Virus record (IMG/VR): IMGVR_UViG_3300008107_000253
Coordinates: 7,024 to 71,023 of that record
Direction: 5' to 3' (one strand)
Length of the DNA stretch: 64,000 nt
From: a virus
How positions within the stretch are numbered: the first letter of the stretch is position 1; every line of letters starts with the position of its first letter. A program made the translations under genes and the position numbers. Below are positions 49,717-59,484 of this stretch, in pieces. The notes below the pieces were generated by a model that saw nothing but the letters and a program-made list of their open reading frames with translations, ran no database searches and had not been told where the DNA came from.

Positions 49717-50192
49717 CTAAATTATACCTATCTTGGGACACCGTAACAGAAGCTTCAGAACAGCTTGCACATAATCTATATGATCAATTTCCAGGTGAAT
49801 CAAAAAATGATATTGTTGTGTTTGCGCCTTATTATGGTGGCTGGCCTGTAGCATCGATGATCATTAATCAATTGCGCTCATTGTTTAATGATGAACATTA
49901 CAAGCCTGCCATTTTATCAGAAACAGATATGACAATGCATCTTTTGGTTCCGTTCTTGAAATCGAAGCATCTTGTCATTATTGATGATGTGCTTGATACT
50001 GGTCGCGTGATTAACAATATTATTTGGAGAATTGTATCGGAATGTCGTGCATTTATGACACAAGAAGAAATTCTGCAAAGGATTCATATTTGTACTGTCG
50101 GTAAGAAAAGAAATTGTGAATGGAAATGCAATCACTTTTATGTTCATGAATGGGATCCAAATAAATGGATTTGTTATCCATGGGAAACATAA
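49713..50192 (+). CDS. Purine phosphoribosyltransferase (Gpt/XGPRT-like)
   Basis: LSWD, PRPP-binding VIIDDVLDTG, C-terminal WICYPWE. Confidence 0.8.
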   Translation: MTKLYLSWDTVTEASEQLAHNLYDQFPGESKNDIVVFAPYYGGWPVASMIINQLRSLFNDEHYKPAILSETDMTMHLLVPFLKSKHLVIIDDVLDTGRVINNIIWRIVSECRAFMTQEEILQRIHICTVGKKRNCEWKCNHFYVHEWDPNKWICYPWET

Positions 50193-50200
50193 GTTAGAAT

Positions 50201-50668
50201 ATGGCTAATTTTTTGCAATTTATTAACATCATCGAAGAAGAGATGAAATTAAGAGAATCGAGAACAAACAAATTTAATATCAAATGGCAGATCGTAAGAA
50301 CAGATGCTCGTGATATTAAAGACCCATCTAAAAAACTATCGTTTGTTTTGAATTTTCTTAAAAACAATCCTTCTAAACAAAATTATGACCGCGTTGCTAA
50401 TTGGGTTAAAATGACAGGTGTTTCATACAAAGGAGAAGATCGTGAAAAATATGAAAAAGCACATGAAACCCTTAAAGCCAGCCAAGATGATTATAAAGAA
50501 GGAGATGAAGAGAACGATCTAAGCAAAGCAAGTACATCAGAAATAGAGAAAGTATACAAAGATCTTAGTAAGCGCAAGTACGGATTTCAATATAAATCAG
50601 TACCAAAAGATCATATTGCATTCATGAATGAATTAGAAAATGAACTAAAGAAAAGAAAAAATGCATAA
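50201..50668 (+). CDS. Hypothetical protein (possible internal head protein)
   Basis: MANFLQFINIIEEE N-terminus. Confidence 0.55.
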   Translation: MANFLQFINIIEEEMKLRESRTNKFNIKWQIVRTDARDIKDPSKKLSFVLNFLKNNPSKQNYDRVANWVKMTGVSYKGEDREKYEKAHETLKASQDDYKEGDEENDLSKASTSEIEKVYKDLSKRKYGFQYKSVPKDHIAFMNELENELKKRKNA

Positions 50669-51182
50669 TGAAAAATTAGAAACAATTGTTAATAAATGGA
50701 ATAGAATACTTCGTCATAAAAGAAACGAAAAATCACTATTCGATGATGATTATAAACAAAATGTAAAAATTTCCACAGGCAAAAATTCAAACAATCAACC
50801 AATTTATAAAGGAAAATCTTTTAATAGATTTACTTTGCTATTAAAAGATTTTGATTTTGATTGGCTAGAGAAAAATTTGTCAAAAATCAAAAGTACGATC
50901 AATGCAAAAATTACAGCATCAATAATTAATCAATTATTTAATGACTATTCTATATATACCAGCAACGAAATATATGCGAAAGTTGTATTAAAAGAACTTG
51001 CAGAAAAATCAAAAGATAAATTTTTAGATTCAAATTCACTGATGCAAACTTTTCAAAAATATAACATCAAATTGGATATTTACATAGCAGAAATTGGCAT
51101 TATAAAATATATCAACAATGCTTGTGGTAATCCTTATAGTTTGATGATTAATATGGGATTAAAAATACAACCTCCACGTTAA
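50661..51182 (+). CDS. Hypothetical protein
   Basis: 173-aa, very AT-rich ORF. Confidence 0.5.
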   Translation: MHNEKLETIVNKWNRILRHKRNEKSLFDDDYKQNVKISTGKNSNNQPIYKGKSFNRFTLLLKDFDFDWLEKNLSKIKSTINAKITASIINQLFNDYSIYTSNEIYAKVVLKELAEKSKDKFLDSNSLMQTFQKYNIKLDIYIAEIGIIKYINNACGNPYSLMINMGLKIQPPR

Positions 51183-51184
51183 TT

Positions 51185-51902
51185 TCAATAATTTAATTCA
51201 TTCCAACCATCAATTGAATACATATCACCAAACCACATGTGTCTATATTTGCCGTAATATATATTAGAATAAAAAGACAACCACCCGATCACCGCAGAAA
51301 AAGAACCATGTGATAGTATGACATTTTTACAAGTACTACCAAATTGCATAGTATCAACCTCTGTTCTATTAAAATATTCAATATTATAATTATCACTTAA
51401 TTTTTTTACTATTTCATGATTAAAATCATCACTAGCTAAAAAAATCTTATCATATTGAAGATTGTTAATTGCCCTGCTGTAATAGTCATATCCTAAATTC
51501 CACTGCGCAGTATCAGTCAAACGAAGATGCAGAAAAATATCATGATTATTGTCATATCTTTCATTAAATGGATTTTTACCAATAATACTATTTTTTCATT
51601 TCAGTGTGAAGCCAATTATGAATCATTTTAGAAATATCTTTTGTTTGAAAATAATGAACATTGGCGTTTATATTACACTCAATTTGAGGACCATTTAAAA
51701 TATCAAAATAATTATCATCCGTCAATTCAATGCTACAATTAAAATCATTTTCTCCTGAAAATAATTCAATACCTAAAGATTGGATTAAATCATGACTCGA
51801 ATAGCGAACAGCCAAATTATTCTTTTTAGCAATAAAATGTAATGCAATATTTCTTATAATTTGATTACCGAGTCGCCCATGATAAATATTAGTTTCAGTC
51901 AT
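51185..51902 (-). pseudogene. GT11 (alpha-1,2-fucosyltransferase-like) gene frameshifted at an A6 run
   Basis: GRLGNQ...YFQ in the upstream ORF; HLRLTD, YY, FLASD, SHGSFS in the downstream frame; removing one base at 51591-51596 joins them. Confidence 0.75.
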
Positions 51903-51923
51903 AAAAAAAATATTTATTTGTAG

Positions 51924-51952
51924 TTGATAACAAAGCACACCACATTTAAAAT
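51924..51952 (+). promoter_or_regulatory. sigma70-like promoter TTGATA-N17-TAAAAT
   Basis: Canonical spacing upstream of the ORF at 51969. Confidence 0.55.
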
Positions 51953-51968
51953 ATAATATCATTAACCT

Positions 51969-52352
51969 ATGAGTACAGAAACAAACCTTAATGTCTTCGT
52001 CAAAGAAAATCTGATCGCATTTATCGATCCTGCAGGCCGAACTGGTTTCGGCGAGCGTATTCCAACGCTAGATACTGATAGCACGATTGCAATCAAGAAT
52101 CCAGTCGTCGTCCATGTTATTCCACAAGGACCTAACATGGCACTACAGCTGTTGCCTGCCTTCTTCAAGGAATTCAGTGCTTCACAAGAAGAGCCAATCG
52201 TTTTCGATTATCCGAGAGGAGCGATTGCTATTACAAACAACGCGACATTTGACTTCAAGCTTTATGCGCAATATGAAAGCATGTTTGCACCTCCTCCACT
52301 AGTGCAGCCGGTTTTTTCAGATCCAAAAGTTGTCAAGCTGTTTGACGAATAA
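51969..52352 (+). CDS. Hypothetical protein (monocistronic)
   Basis: 127 aa with its own promoter and terminator. Confidence 0.7.
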   Translation: MSTETNLNVFVKENLIAFIDPAGRTGFGERIPTLDTDSTIAIKNPVVVHVIPQGPNMALQLLPAFFKEFSASQEEPIVFDYPRGAIAITNNATFDFKLYAQYESMFAPPPLVQPVFSDPKVVKLFDE

Positions 52353-52374
52353 AAATTGACAATATGTCAATTGC

Positions 52375-52409
52375 GCTCTCTTGGTGTAAAAGCCAAGAGA
52401 GCTTTTTTT
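52375..52409 (+). terminator. Intrinsic terminator
   Basis: GCTCTCTTGG-8nt-CCAAGAGAGC followed by T7. Confidence 0.85.
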
Positions 52410-52423
52410 GGCCTCTAAACCAT

Positions 52424-52452
52424 TTGATTTTATACTCACCATCGGTTATAAT
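52424..52452 (+). promoter_or_regulatory. sigma70-like promoter TTGATT-N17-TATAAT
   Basis: Near-consensus; -10 ends 7 nt before the uvsX ATG. Confidence 0.75.
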
Positions 52453-52459
52453 TTAATAC

Positions 52460-53560
52460 ATGAAAAATCCAATCCTAGAAAAGGCTTTTAAGAGTCTCAA
52501 GAAGATTAATCCAGACGCAGAATTTCTCAATAATAGTACATTATCAACGATCACAGGATATGTTGATACTGGTAGTTATGCGCTAAATGCCATTATCAGC
52601 GGCAAGATCAAAGAAGGAGGCGTGCCGAAAGGACGTATTACAGGATTTTCAGGCCCATCGGGATGCGGCAAGACATTGATCATTAACAAGATTTTCGGCA
52701 ATGCACAAAAACATCATGGCATGATTCCTGTTATGTGGGATACTGAAGGTGCTGTTGATCGTAGAGCAGCAGAAGGTGTTGGATGTGATGTTAATAATTA
52801 CATTTGGAATTCTGCCGATACGATTGAACAATGTCGAAATGATATGGTTAAATTTCTTGATGAGATTATCGCAGATCCAGATATGAAAGGTAAATTTATC
52901 TTTGCAATCGATTCTCTCGGCAATCTTATCAATGCAAAAGAATTGCAAGACATTTCAAAGGATAAAGATTCGGCAGATATGGGTTTGCGAGCAAGAGCAA
53001 TGAAAAGTTTGATGAGAACATTGAGCAATAAGGCATCAAAAGCACAAGTGCCTATTCTCTTTTCAAATCATATTTATGATGATCCATCTGCAATGTTTCC
53101 TTCATTGATTAAGAATCAAGGTGGTGGTAAAGGACCAATTTATCTTTCGACTGTATTGGTTCAAATGGCAATGACTCAGAATAAAGACGAAGAAGATGAG
53201 AATAAAAAGATTGCAATTGCCAATAAGGTTAGCGGCATTACAATGTCAGCAATGACAGTAAAAAATCGTATTGTACCACCATTCCTCAAGACAGAACTTG
53301 AGCTGAACTTCAAGACAGGATTGGATAAATATTCAGGACTTGAGGTGATGGCGATCGCATATGACGTGGTAAAGCAGACAGGAGCAACCTATCAGTTGCC
53401 GAATGGTACTAAGCTTGGATATTTCAAGCAATGGAGAAAGAATACTGAGCTTTGGGAAAATACAATTATTCCTGAACTGCAAAAGAAACTCGACATCGAA
53501 CTTACATACTCAACCGATAACATCGACCAAAATGACGAAGAAGACAGCGAAGAAGATTGA
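52460..53560 (+). CDS. uvsX: RecA-like recombinase UvsX
   Basis: DTGSYALNAIISG, GPSGCGKT, DTE, IDSLGNL, DMGLRA, NHIY, GGG, KNR. Confidence 0.93.
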   Translation: MKNPILEKAFKSLKKINPDAEFLNNSTLSTITGYVDTGSYALNAIISGKIKEGGVPKGRITGFSGPSGCGKTLIINKIFGNAQKHHGMIPVMWDTEGAVDRRAAEGVGCDVNNYIWNSADTIEQCRNDMVKFLDEIIADPDMKGKFIFAIDSLGNLINAKELQDISKDKDSADMGLRARAMKSLMRTLSNKASKAQVPILFSNHIYDDPSAMFPSLIKNQGGGKGPIYLSTVLVQMAMTQNKDEEDENKKIAIANKVSGITMSAMTVKNRIVPPFLKTELELNFKTGLDKYSGLEVMAIAYDVVKQTGATYQLPNGTKLGYFKQWRKNTELWENTIIPELQKKLDIELTYSTDNIDQNDEEDSEED

Positions 53561-54902
53561 TCTTAACCTATTTGAAGTGGTCATTGCTTATCATGCTCTG
53601 TTCAATGCAGAGTATCTTGCTAGCATTATTGATTTTCTCAAACCCGATTTATTCAATCGAGCAGAGACAAAGGCTGCAATCTTTCCGATTGTTGAATATT
53701 TCAATGAACATAATGAAATTCCGACGATCACAGAGATCAAAGTCCGTCTTCAGAATTCTACTGATCGTGAGTTATTTGCAAAGCTTTTAAGAGAGTTCCA
53801 GACAATTGACAAGACCTTTAATCTAAAAGAATTGCTCACAAATACAGAGCAGTTTTTGAAAGAAAGATCTCTTGTCTCATTCTTGAGTAAGACCGCAACA
53901 CAGCTTGCAAAAGAAGGCAGTGTTGATTATGAAGGTGCGTATGCAGAGCTAGAATCTGCTGTTACGATGTCATTGATCGATGATGTCGGTCTTGAATATT
54001 TTAAAGACTTTGATAAGCACCTAGAGTATCTTGACAAGAAAGAATCAAGATTGTCTACTGGATGGAAATGGCTCGATGAAAAGCTTGGTGGCGGTCTTCT
54101 TGAAGAAGGTAGATCATTGTATGTATTCTGTGGTACTACTAATGTAGGCAAATCAATCTTTCTTGGTAATATTGCAAATAATATTGTCAAGCAAGGCAAA
54201 TGCGCAGTCATTATTACATTGGAAATGCCTGAGCAGATTTATGCAAAACGAATCTCTTCACAATTGACAAGAATTCCTATTAATACTCTTGCCGAACAAA
54301 AAGAGCATCTTAGAAGCTGGATGAATAATTATACATCGAATAATCTTGATTCGAAATTATTCATTAAAGAGTTTCCGCCTTCGTCCATTAGTGCAAATCA
54401 TATTCGTGCTTATCTAACGAAACTGGTGCGCAAAGGAGTTAAGATTGATGCCATTATTATTGACTATCTTAATTTGATGATTCCATGTAGAGGATCTGGT
54501 GACGGTAATTCATATGAGAAGATCAAAAAGATTGCAGAAGAAACACGAGCACTGTCTTATGTATTCAATGCTCCTGTTATTTCAGCAACGCAACTTAATA
54601 GATCTGCATATGATCAAGCGAATCCAGGTCTTGAGACGACAGGTGAATCTATGGGATTGCCAATGACAGCAGATGCTCAATTTGGTATTTGGTGTACTGA
54701 CGAAGATCGTGAAGCCGGAATTCTACATCTTAACCTAATGAAGAATAGATTCGGCCCGAATTTTGGCAATACTACGTTTCAAATTGATTATGATACTTTA
54801 CATTTGTCAGAATATGATAATGAAACATTAGCATCAGATACGCAAATGTCTGAAGAAGATTTGGATTCTGTTATCAACGATCTCAAGTTGACAAATGGAT
54901 AG
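53532..54902 (+). CDS. Replicative helicase (T4 gp41/DnaB-like)
   Basis: GTTNVGKS, ITLEM, IIIDYLNL, ISATQLNR, ESMG, KNRFG; probable ATG at 53532. Confidence 0.93.
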   Translation: MTKKTAKKIDLNLFEVVIAYHALFNAEYLASIIDFLKPDLFNRAETKAAIFPIVEYFNEHNEIPTITEIKVRLQNSTDRELFAKLLREFQTIDKTFNLKELLTNTEQFLKERSLVSFLSKTATQLAKEGSVDYEGAYAELESAVTMSLIDDVGLEYFKDFDKHLEYLDKKESRLSTGWKWLDEKLGGGLLEEGRSLYVFCGTTNVGKSIFLGNIANNIVKQGKCAVIITLEMPEQIYAKRISSQLTRIPINTLAEQKEHLRSWMNNYTSNNLDSKLFIKEFPPSSISANHIRAYLTKLVRKGVKIDAIIIDYLNLMIPCRGSGDGNSYEKIKKIAEETRALSYVFNAPVISATQLNRSAYDQANPGLETTGESMGLPMTADAQFGIWCTDEDREAGILHLNLMKNRFGPNFGNTTFQIDYDTLHLSEYDNETLASDTQMSEEDLDSVINDLKLTNG

Positions 54903-54923
54903 TCATGAGGGTAAATAGGATGC

Positions 54924-55211
54924 ATGGAATTTGAACATAATGCGGAATCATCTGAATTTATTGGTGAAAATGAAATAGACGATTTCTTTATTAAAACATG
55001 CTCTTTGATATCCTTATTATCAAACAAAACACTTAGCCCTACATCGATTATCATTACAATGATTCAAAATCCAGAAATGAGACAATTGGTTTGTGAGATT
55101 ACAGATATGTCTTATTTTGAATTTGTTAAAAAGATGTCTTACAATTACGATATTGTCAATAGATCCAAAAAAATCCTTTACGCATTAAATAAGGCAAATG
55201 ACCGAGAATGA
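54924..55211 (+). CDS. Hypothetical protein
   Basis: 95-aa ORF; GTAAATA box 6 nt upstream. Confidence 0.6.
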   Translation: MEFEHNAESSEFIGENEIDDFFIKTCSLISLLSNKTLSPTSIIITMIQNPEMRQLVCEITDMSYFEFVKKMSYNYDIVNRSKKILYALNKANDRE

Positions 55212-55857
55212 AAAATTAGTCTACAACAAATGGCTCGCTACTACATCACAAGCTATCAATAAACCATTCAGGCTTCGTGAAAATTGGCTTAATTTTGATT
55301 GCAGGGATGATTATCCTTTATTGCAAAGATTATGTCATTTCTTTTCAAAACATACTCATATTAAATGGGATGATTTTTTTCTAGCACCTTATAAAATCCG
55401 CAAGAATATTAATGCCGGTCGAATATCATTAGAATACTACACAAGCCCCAAAGCAATAAAGGATTATACGACATATATGAAGCATTTGATGCTTCTTGAA
55501 CCAGACGATCACCAACAAATAAATCTTATTGTCGAATCATTTAAATATATTCGTGATTTTTGTCTCGAGCATAAATTATATGCACACCAATATTGCCAAT
55601 ATAAAGGAGGATATACATCTGCATTCTTAAAGCATATCAAGCAGCATCACGTTTCAGTATATGCAGTATTTGCATTTCCAGAATCATTCAGTACAATGAA
55701 TGGACTACACCCTGAAGATTATGCGTTGTTTCTTGGCGATATTAACCTATATACATTAAAGACCAAATATGAAAAATCCCAAATAAAACCAAAAATACAA
55801 CAATTATACCAAGCATTACAAAATTATCTTAAAAAAAATCTTGATTCACAACAATAA
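55198..55857 (+). CDS. Hypothetical protein, possibly gp59-like helicase loader
   Basis: Size and position immediately upstream of gp32 only. Confidence 0.35.
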   Translation: MTENEKLVYNKWLATTSQAINKPFRLRENWLNFDCRDDYPLLQRLCHFFSKHTHIKWDDFFLAPYKIRKNINAGRISLEYYTSPKAIKDYTTYMKHLMLLEPDDHQQINLIVESFKYIRDFCLEHKLYAHQYCQYKGGYTSAFLKHIKQHHVSVYAVFAFPESFSTMNGLHPEDYALFLGDINLYTLKTKYEKSQIKPKIQQLYQALQNYLKKNLDSQQ

Positions 55858-55892
55858 CACATTTATATTAATCCATACAACCAAATAACATT

Positions 55893-56828
55893 ATGTCAAT
55901 ACTCGACGAAATCTTCAGTAAAATTCAAACAGCACAAACTCCAAGCACAGATTATAAACAACCCAAAAACGAAAATCTTTTCAAAGCCGAAGTAGGCGCT
56001 ACCTACACCGTAAGATTTATTCCATACATGCCAAACCCAGCGTCATCGATGTTATCCTTCACGACTCATGGCTGGGAAAGTCGCCAAAATGGTAGATACA
56101 TTTCTATCCCGTGCCTCAAATCGTGGGGGCGCTCAGAGCTATGCCCGTGCTGTGAAACACGATTCGCAGAATTAAAAATTGGCACCGAAGCAGCAAAAGC
56201 AAAGGCAAGATTGCTTCGTCAGAAAGATATGCATTTCGCTAATATCTATATCATTGAAAGCCCTGAAGCAGATGACATTGGTAAAGTAAAGATCTGGAGA
56301 TATGGTGCTGAAATTCATAAAATTCTTCAGGCTGCTATTGTAGGTGAAGATTCAGATGAATACGGTAAGAGAATTTTTGAATTGACTCCTGGTGGTGTTG
56401 ATTTCCGTGTTCGTTGTGAAAGAAAGGGAACTGGCAAAGAAAGCACATTGACCTATACAAGCAGCAAATTCATCAGCAAGCCTCGTGATATGGGGCTGAC
56501 TGCTGCTGACATTGAGAGAATTTACGGAATGTCACATGACTTATCAGCACAGCTGCCACCAAGAAAGACTGCAGAAGAAATTCAAAGAATTCTTGATGAA
56601 CATTATTTTACATCACAAGACAAACAGCAATCATCCATTACATATGCGAAAGATGATGACGCAGAGCCATCAATTGGTACATATGGAGGACCACCACCAG
56701 TTCTTGTTGCACGAAACGAATTCGTTAGAAATGAAATCGAACAATTGAATACAAAGCAGACAGTGTCGAATATCGATTCGATTAATTCCACTGTGGATGA
56801 TCTTCTTAAAGAATTCGAACTTCCTTAA
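55893..56828 (+). CDS. Single-stranded DNA-binding protein (T4 gp32-like)
   Basis: VRFIP...HGW...CLKSWG...CPCCE...ANIYII...GKVKIWRYG...GVDF...YTSSKF; acidic tail ending DDLLKEF. Confidence 0.88.
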   Translation: MSILDEIFSKIQTAQTPSTDYKQPKNENLFKAEVGATYTVRFIPYMPNPASSMLSFTTHGWESRQNGRYISIPCLKSWGRSELCPCCETRFAELKIGTEAAKAKARLLRQKDMHFANIYIIESPEADDIGKVKIWRYGAEIHKILQAAIVGEDSDEYGKRIFELTPGGVDFRVRCERKGTGKESTLTYTSSKFISKPRDMGLTAADIERIYGMSHDLSAQLPPRKTAEEIQRILDEHYFTSQDKQQSSITYAKDDDAEPSIGTYGGPPPVLVARNEFVRNEIEQLNTKQTVSNIDSINSTVDDLLKEFELP

Positions 56829-56836
56829 TTTCTAAT

Positions 56837-57445
56837 ATGACAAAACAAACTTACAATCGAGAAGAAGCCGAAAAGGCTTATGGAGGATTTCTCAAAGCTC
56901 TTGGCTTTAATTGGCGAGACAATCCACACATGAAAGATACACCGAAGCGTGTAACCAAAGCATGGATTGAGGATCTTGCAAAAGGATGTTTTGAAGACAC
57001 GCCAAAAATTACTTCATTTGAAAATGATGGCAGTTATGATGGTATTGTATGTCAAACAAATATTCCTGTCGTGTCGATGTGTGCTCATCACAATTTGCCA
57101 TTCTTTGGATATTGTCATGTTGCATATATTCCGGAGAAAGACGGCAGGGTGGTAGGGCTTTCAAAGCTTAATCGTGTAGTTGATCATTTCAGCAGAAGAC
57201 CACAAGTGCAAGAGACATTGACAATGGAAATACACAACTTTATTAATAATCTTTGCGAGCATAACAAAGGTGTATCAGTTCTAGTTGAAGCAAATCACAC
57301 ATGTTGTTCTCTTCGCGGTATTAAGCAAAATTCAACCATGAGAACTGCAAAGATGTCGGGTGCATTTATTGATCCACAAAACAACAGCCGCAATGAATTT
57401 TACAAATTTGTAGAGTTTGCACAGTCAAGCCGTAGTTTAGTTTAA
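56837..57445 (+). CDS. folE: GTP cyclohydrolase I
   Basis: DTPKRV, SMCAHHNLPFFG, VGLSKLNR, RRPQVQE, HTCCSLRG. Confidence 0.95.
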   Translation: MTKQTYNREEAEKAYGGFLKALGFNWRDNPHMKDTPKRVTKAWIEDLAKGCFEDTPKITSFENDGSYDGIVCQTNIPVVSMCAHHNLPFFGYCHVAYIPEKDGRVVGLSKLNRVVDHFSRRPQVQETLTMEIHNFINNLCEHNKGVSVLVEANHTCCSLRGIKQNSTMRTAKMSGAFIDPQNNSRNEFYKFVEFAQSSRSLV

Positions 57446-57446
57446 T

Positions 57447-58010
57447 ATGCAAGAAGTATCTCGAGACGAAGCAATTGCAATGGCGAGAGTGGCTGCTTTT
57501 ATGTCAAACCAACTTAATGGCATTGATAGTGCAGTTATTAATTCAAATAAAAATATTGTAGGCAACACGGGAGAAATATCAGTGGATAAGATATTGTCTG
57601 GTATTAAAATTGCAACACCACACCCACCACCAGGTCCTGTTATTGATGGTCTTGATGGAGAAAAGGTTGTTTTGCATGAAGTGCAAGGAGAAGTTGTAGA
57701 TGCTCCTGTTCAAATTGACAATCCATTTGCAAAAGCATCATCACAAAACAAACCAATGGAACCACTACAATTGCCAGTAGGCAAATCACCAATCGCAAAC
57801 ATCATGAGAACAACAATGTTAAAGGATCCAGGGCCTTTATCTGTAACTGATCGGACAGTTGAAACCGTATCTGATGTTATGCCCATCAAACAAACATCAA
57901 CAAATGATGAAATACTTAAATTGATCATAGAAAAATTAGTAACAATTGAACTCAAGCTTAACAAATTAATCAAGAAAAAGAAAAATGAAAATAAAAGTCC
58001 TCAAGGATAA
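57447..58010 (+). CDS. Hypothetical protein
   Basis: 187-aa ORF in the replication operon. Confidence 0.6.
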   Translation: MQEVSRDEAIAMARVAAFMSNQLNGIDSAVINSNKNIVGNTGEISVDKILSGIKIATPHPPPGPVIDGLDGEKVVLHEVQGEVVDAPVQIDNPFAKASSQNKPMEPLQLPVGKSPIANIMRTTMLKDPGPLSVTDRTVETVSDVMPIKQTSTNDEILKLIIEKLVTIELKLNKLIKKKKNENKSPQG

Positions 58011-58734
58011 TTTCAGCGACTTCTTGAGCCCTATTGCAAGAATTGGTGATACTAATATTTCTTGCGCTCTTCACATTGAAAATGGCCATTTGTATGTCAT
58101 TTCACACGATGCAGGTGCAAATTGTATTTATTACGCAAAGCACATCCCACTTGAGATGATTAACTTCGATTCGCCGTTTACAATTTATGTTTCGGATATT
58201 CGTAAGATCATTAATGCATTAGATGCAATTGATGATGAAGAAGAAATTATTCTTGATGTTAATGATAAGTGTATTAGCTATACTTCAGCAACATTAAAGT
58301 TCAAATGTTATTTGCTCGATCCATCTGTGGCTGCTACGGAGAAGATTAGTGCTAAGCTTATTGATTCGTTTACATTCGATGTAGAATTTGTGTTGAATAC
58401 AAGCATATTCAGCAAGATTAATAAAGGATGCAGTTTCACAGACGGAAAAGGTAAAATTTATTTTTATACCAATTCAACTGATAAGAAAGTATATGTTGAT
58501 CTTGACGACAAATCGGTTAACCATAGTGTCAATAATATTACATTCATTGCGGCTGATAGTTATCTTGGTGGTGATTTAGCAGCAAATTCTCCACTAGCAA
58601 TTGATACATTTAAAATTATTAGTTCCCTTAAACATAATGTACAAACCAAGGTGAATCTTACAAAGGGTGTCTATATGTTTTATTATAAGGATCAGAATAC
58701 TGAAACCAAATATCTTCTTAGAGCAGTAAAATAA
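57985..58734 (+). CDS. Sliding clamp (T4 gp45/PCNA-like)
   Basis: About 250 aa with a two-domain beta/alpha pattern; replication cluster context. Confidence 0.65.
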   Translation: MKIKVLKDNFSDFLSPIARIGDTNISCALHIENGHLYVISHDAGANCIYYAKHIPLEMINFDSPFTIYVSDIRKIINALDAIDDEEEIILDVNDKCISYTSATLKFKCYLLDPSVAATEKISAKLIDSFTFDVEFVLNTSIFSKINKGCSFTDGKGKIYFYTNSTDKKVYVDLDDKSVNHSVNNITFIAADSYLGGDLAANSPLAIDTFKIISSLKHNVQTKVNLTKGVYMFYYKDQNTETKYLLRAVK

Positions 58735-58756
58735 TTTAACCTAACACACAAACAAC

Positions 58757-59116
58757 ATGGCAAATAAAAATAAACCAACCAATGAGAGCTATTTCGTCAA
58801 GAGACTTCGCGATAGTGGTTATCTTGTAGATAGGCTTCCAATTCGATATGGACAACACGACCCACGAACTTGGTCGGTTGTTATCGACCAAGGACATTCA
58901 TCAGTCATTGCGACCTTATTTCGCAATTTAGATGGCGTCGATGAAAACTATATTGAATTTTATGACGGAGATCAATTTGTACCAAAGAGATTCCGTTTGA
59001 CTACTGATTCGATGGAAGTGATCATGGAGTGGCTGTATAAGTTTGGCATCAATAATAAGACAAACTTATACAATATGAGAAGTGAAAACTATCAGCCACC
59101 CACATCGGATCAATAA
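58757..59116 (+). CDS. Hypothetical protein
   Basis: 119-aa ORF. Confidence 0.65.
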   Translation: MANKNKPTNESYFVKRLRDSGYLVDRLPIRYGQHDPRTWSVVIDQGHSSVIATLFRNLDGVDENYIEFYDGDQFVPKRFRLTTDSMEVIMEWLYKFGINNKTNLYNMRSENYQPPTSDQ

Positions 59117-59124
59117 ATAAATAT

Positions 59125-59484
59125 ATGAAGAAAAAATCCAAACCATCAGATTACGATTTGCATAAATCACTCAATGATCTTTCATCGCAATTACAAAAAG
59201 AAGGGTTTGGATTGTCTCCCGAGGAGCTGCAAGAATTAAAAAATGCAGCTGCTCGGGAGTTTAGCTCCCATAAAAGCTTTAAAGAATTAAAAGACAACAG
59301 TCAAAAAATCGTTAATTATTTGGCTGAATATTTTGATACCTTTATTTTGCTTGGATACGATTCTAAAGGAGAAAGAATTCAATTGCAATTTTGTGATAAT
59401 GCATTGAAAGAAGACGCATTAATGAAATTTTTAGAACAAGTATTTATCAAATATCACAGACAAAGAAACGAATCAGACACATGA
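59125..59484 (+). CDS. Hypothetical protein
   Basis: 119-aa ORF; AATAAATA 5 nt upstream. Confidence 0.6.
   Translation: MKKKSKPSDYDLHKSLNDLSSQLQKEGFGLSPEELQELKNAAAREFSSHKSFKELKDNSQKIVNYLAEYFDTFILLGYDSKGERIQLQFCDNALKEDALMKFLEQVFIKYHRQRNESDT

Noticed and set aside
51588-51590. TAG stop in the GT11 gene as evidence of stop-codon reassignment
   Set aside because: Reading through TAG does not restore the frame; long core genes are intact in the standard code, and all breaks seen are frameshifts
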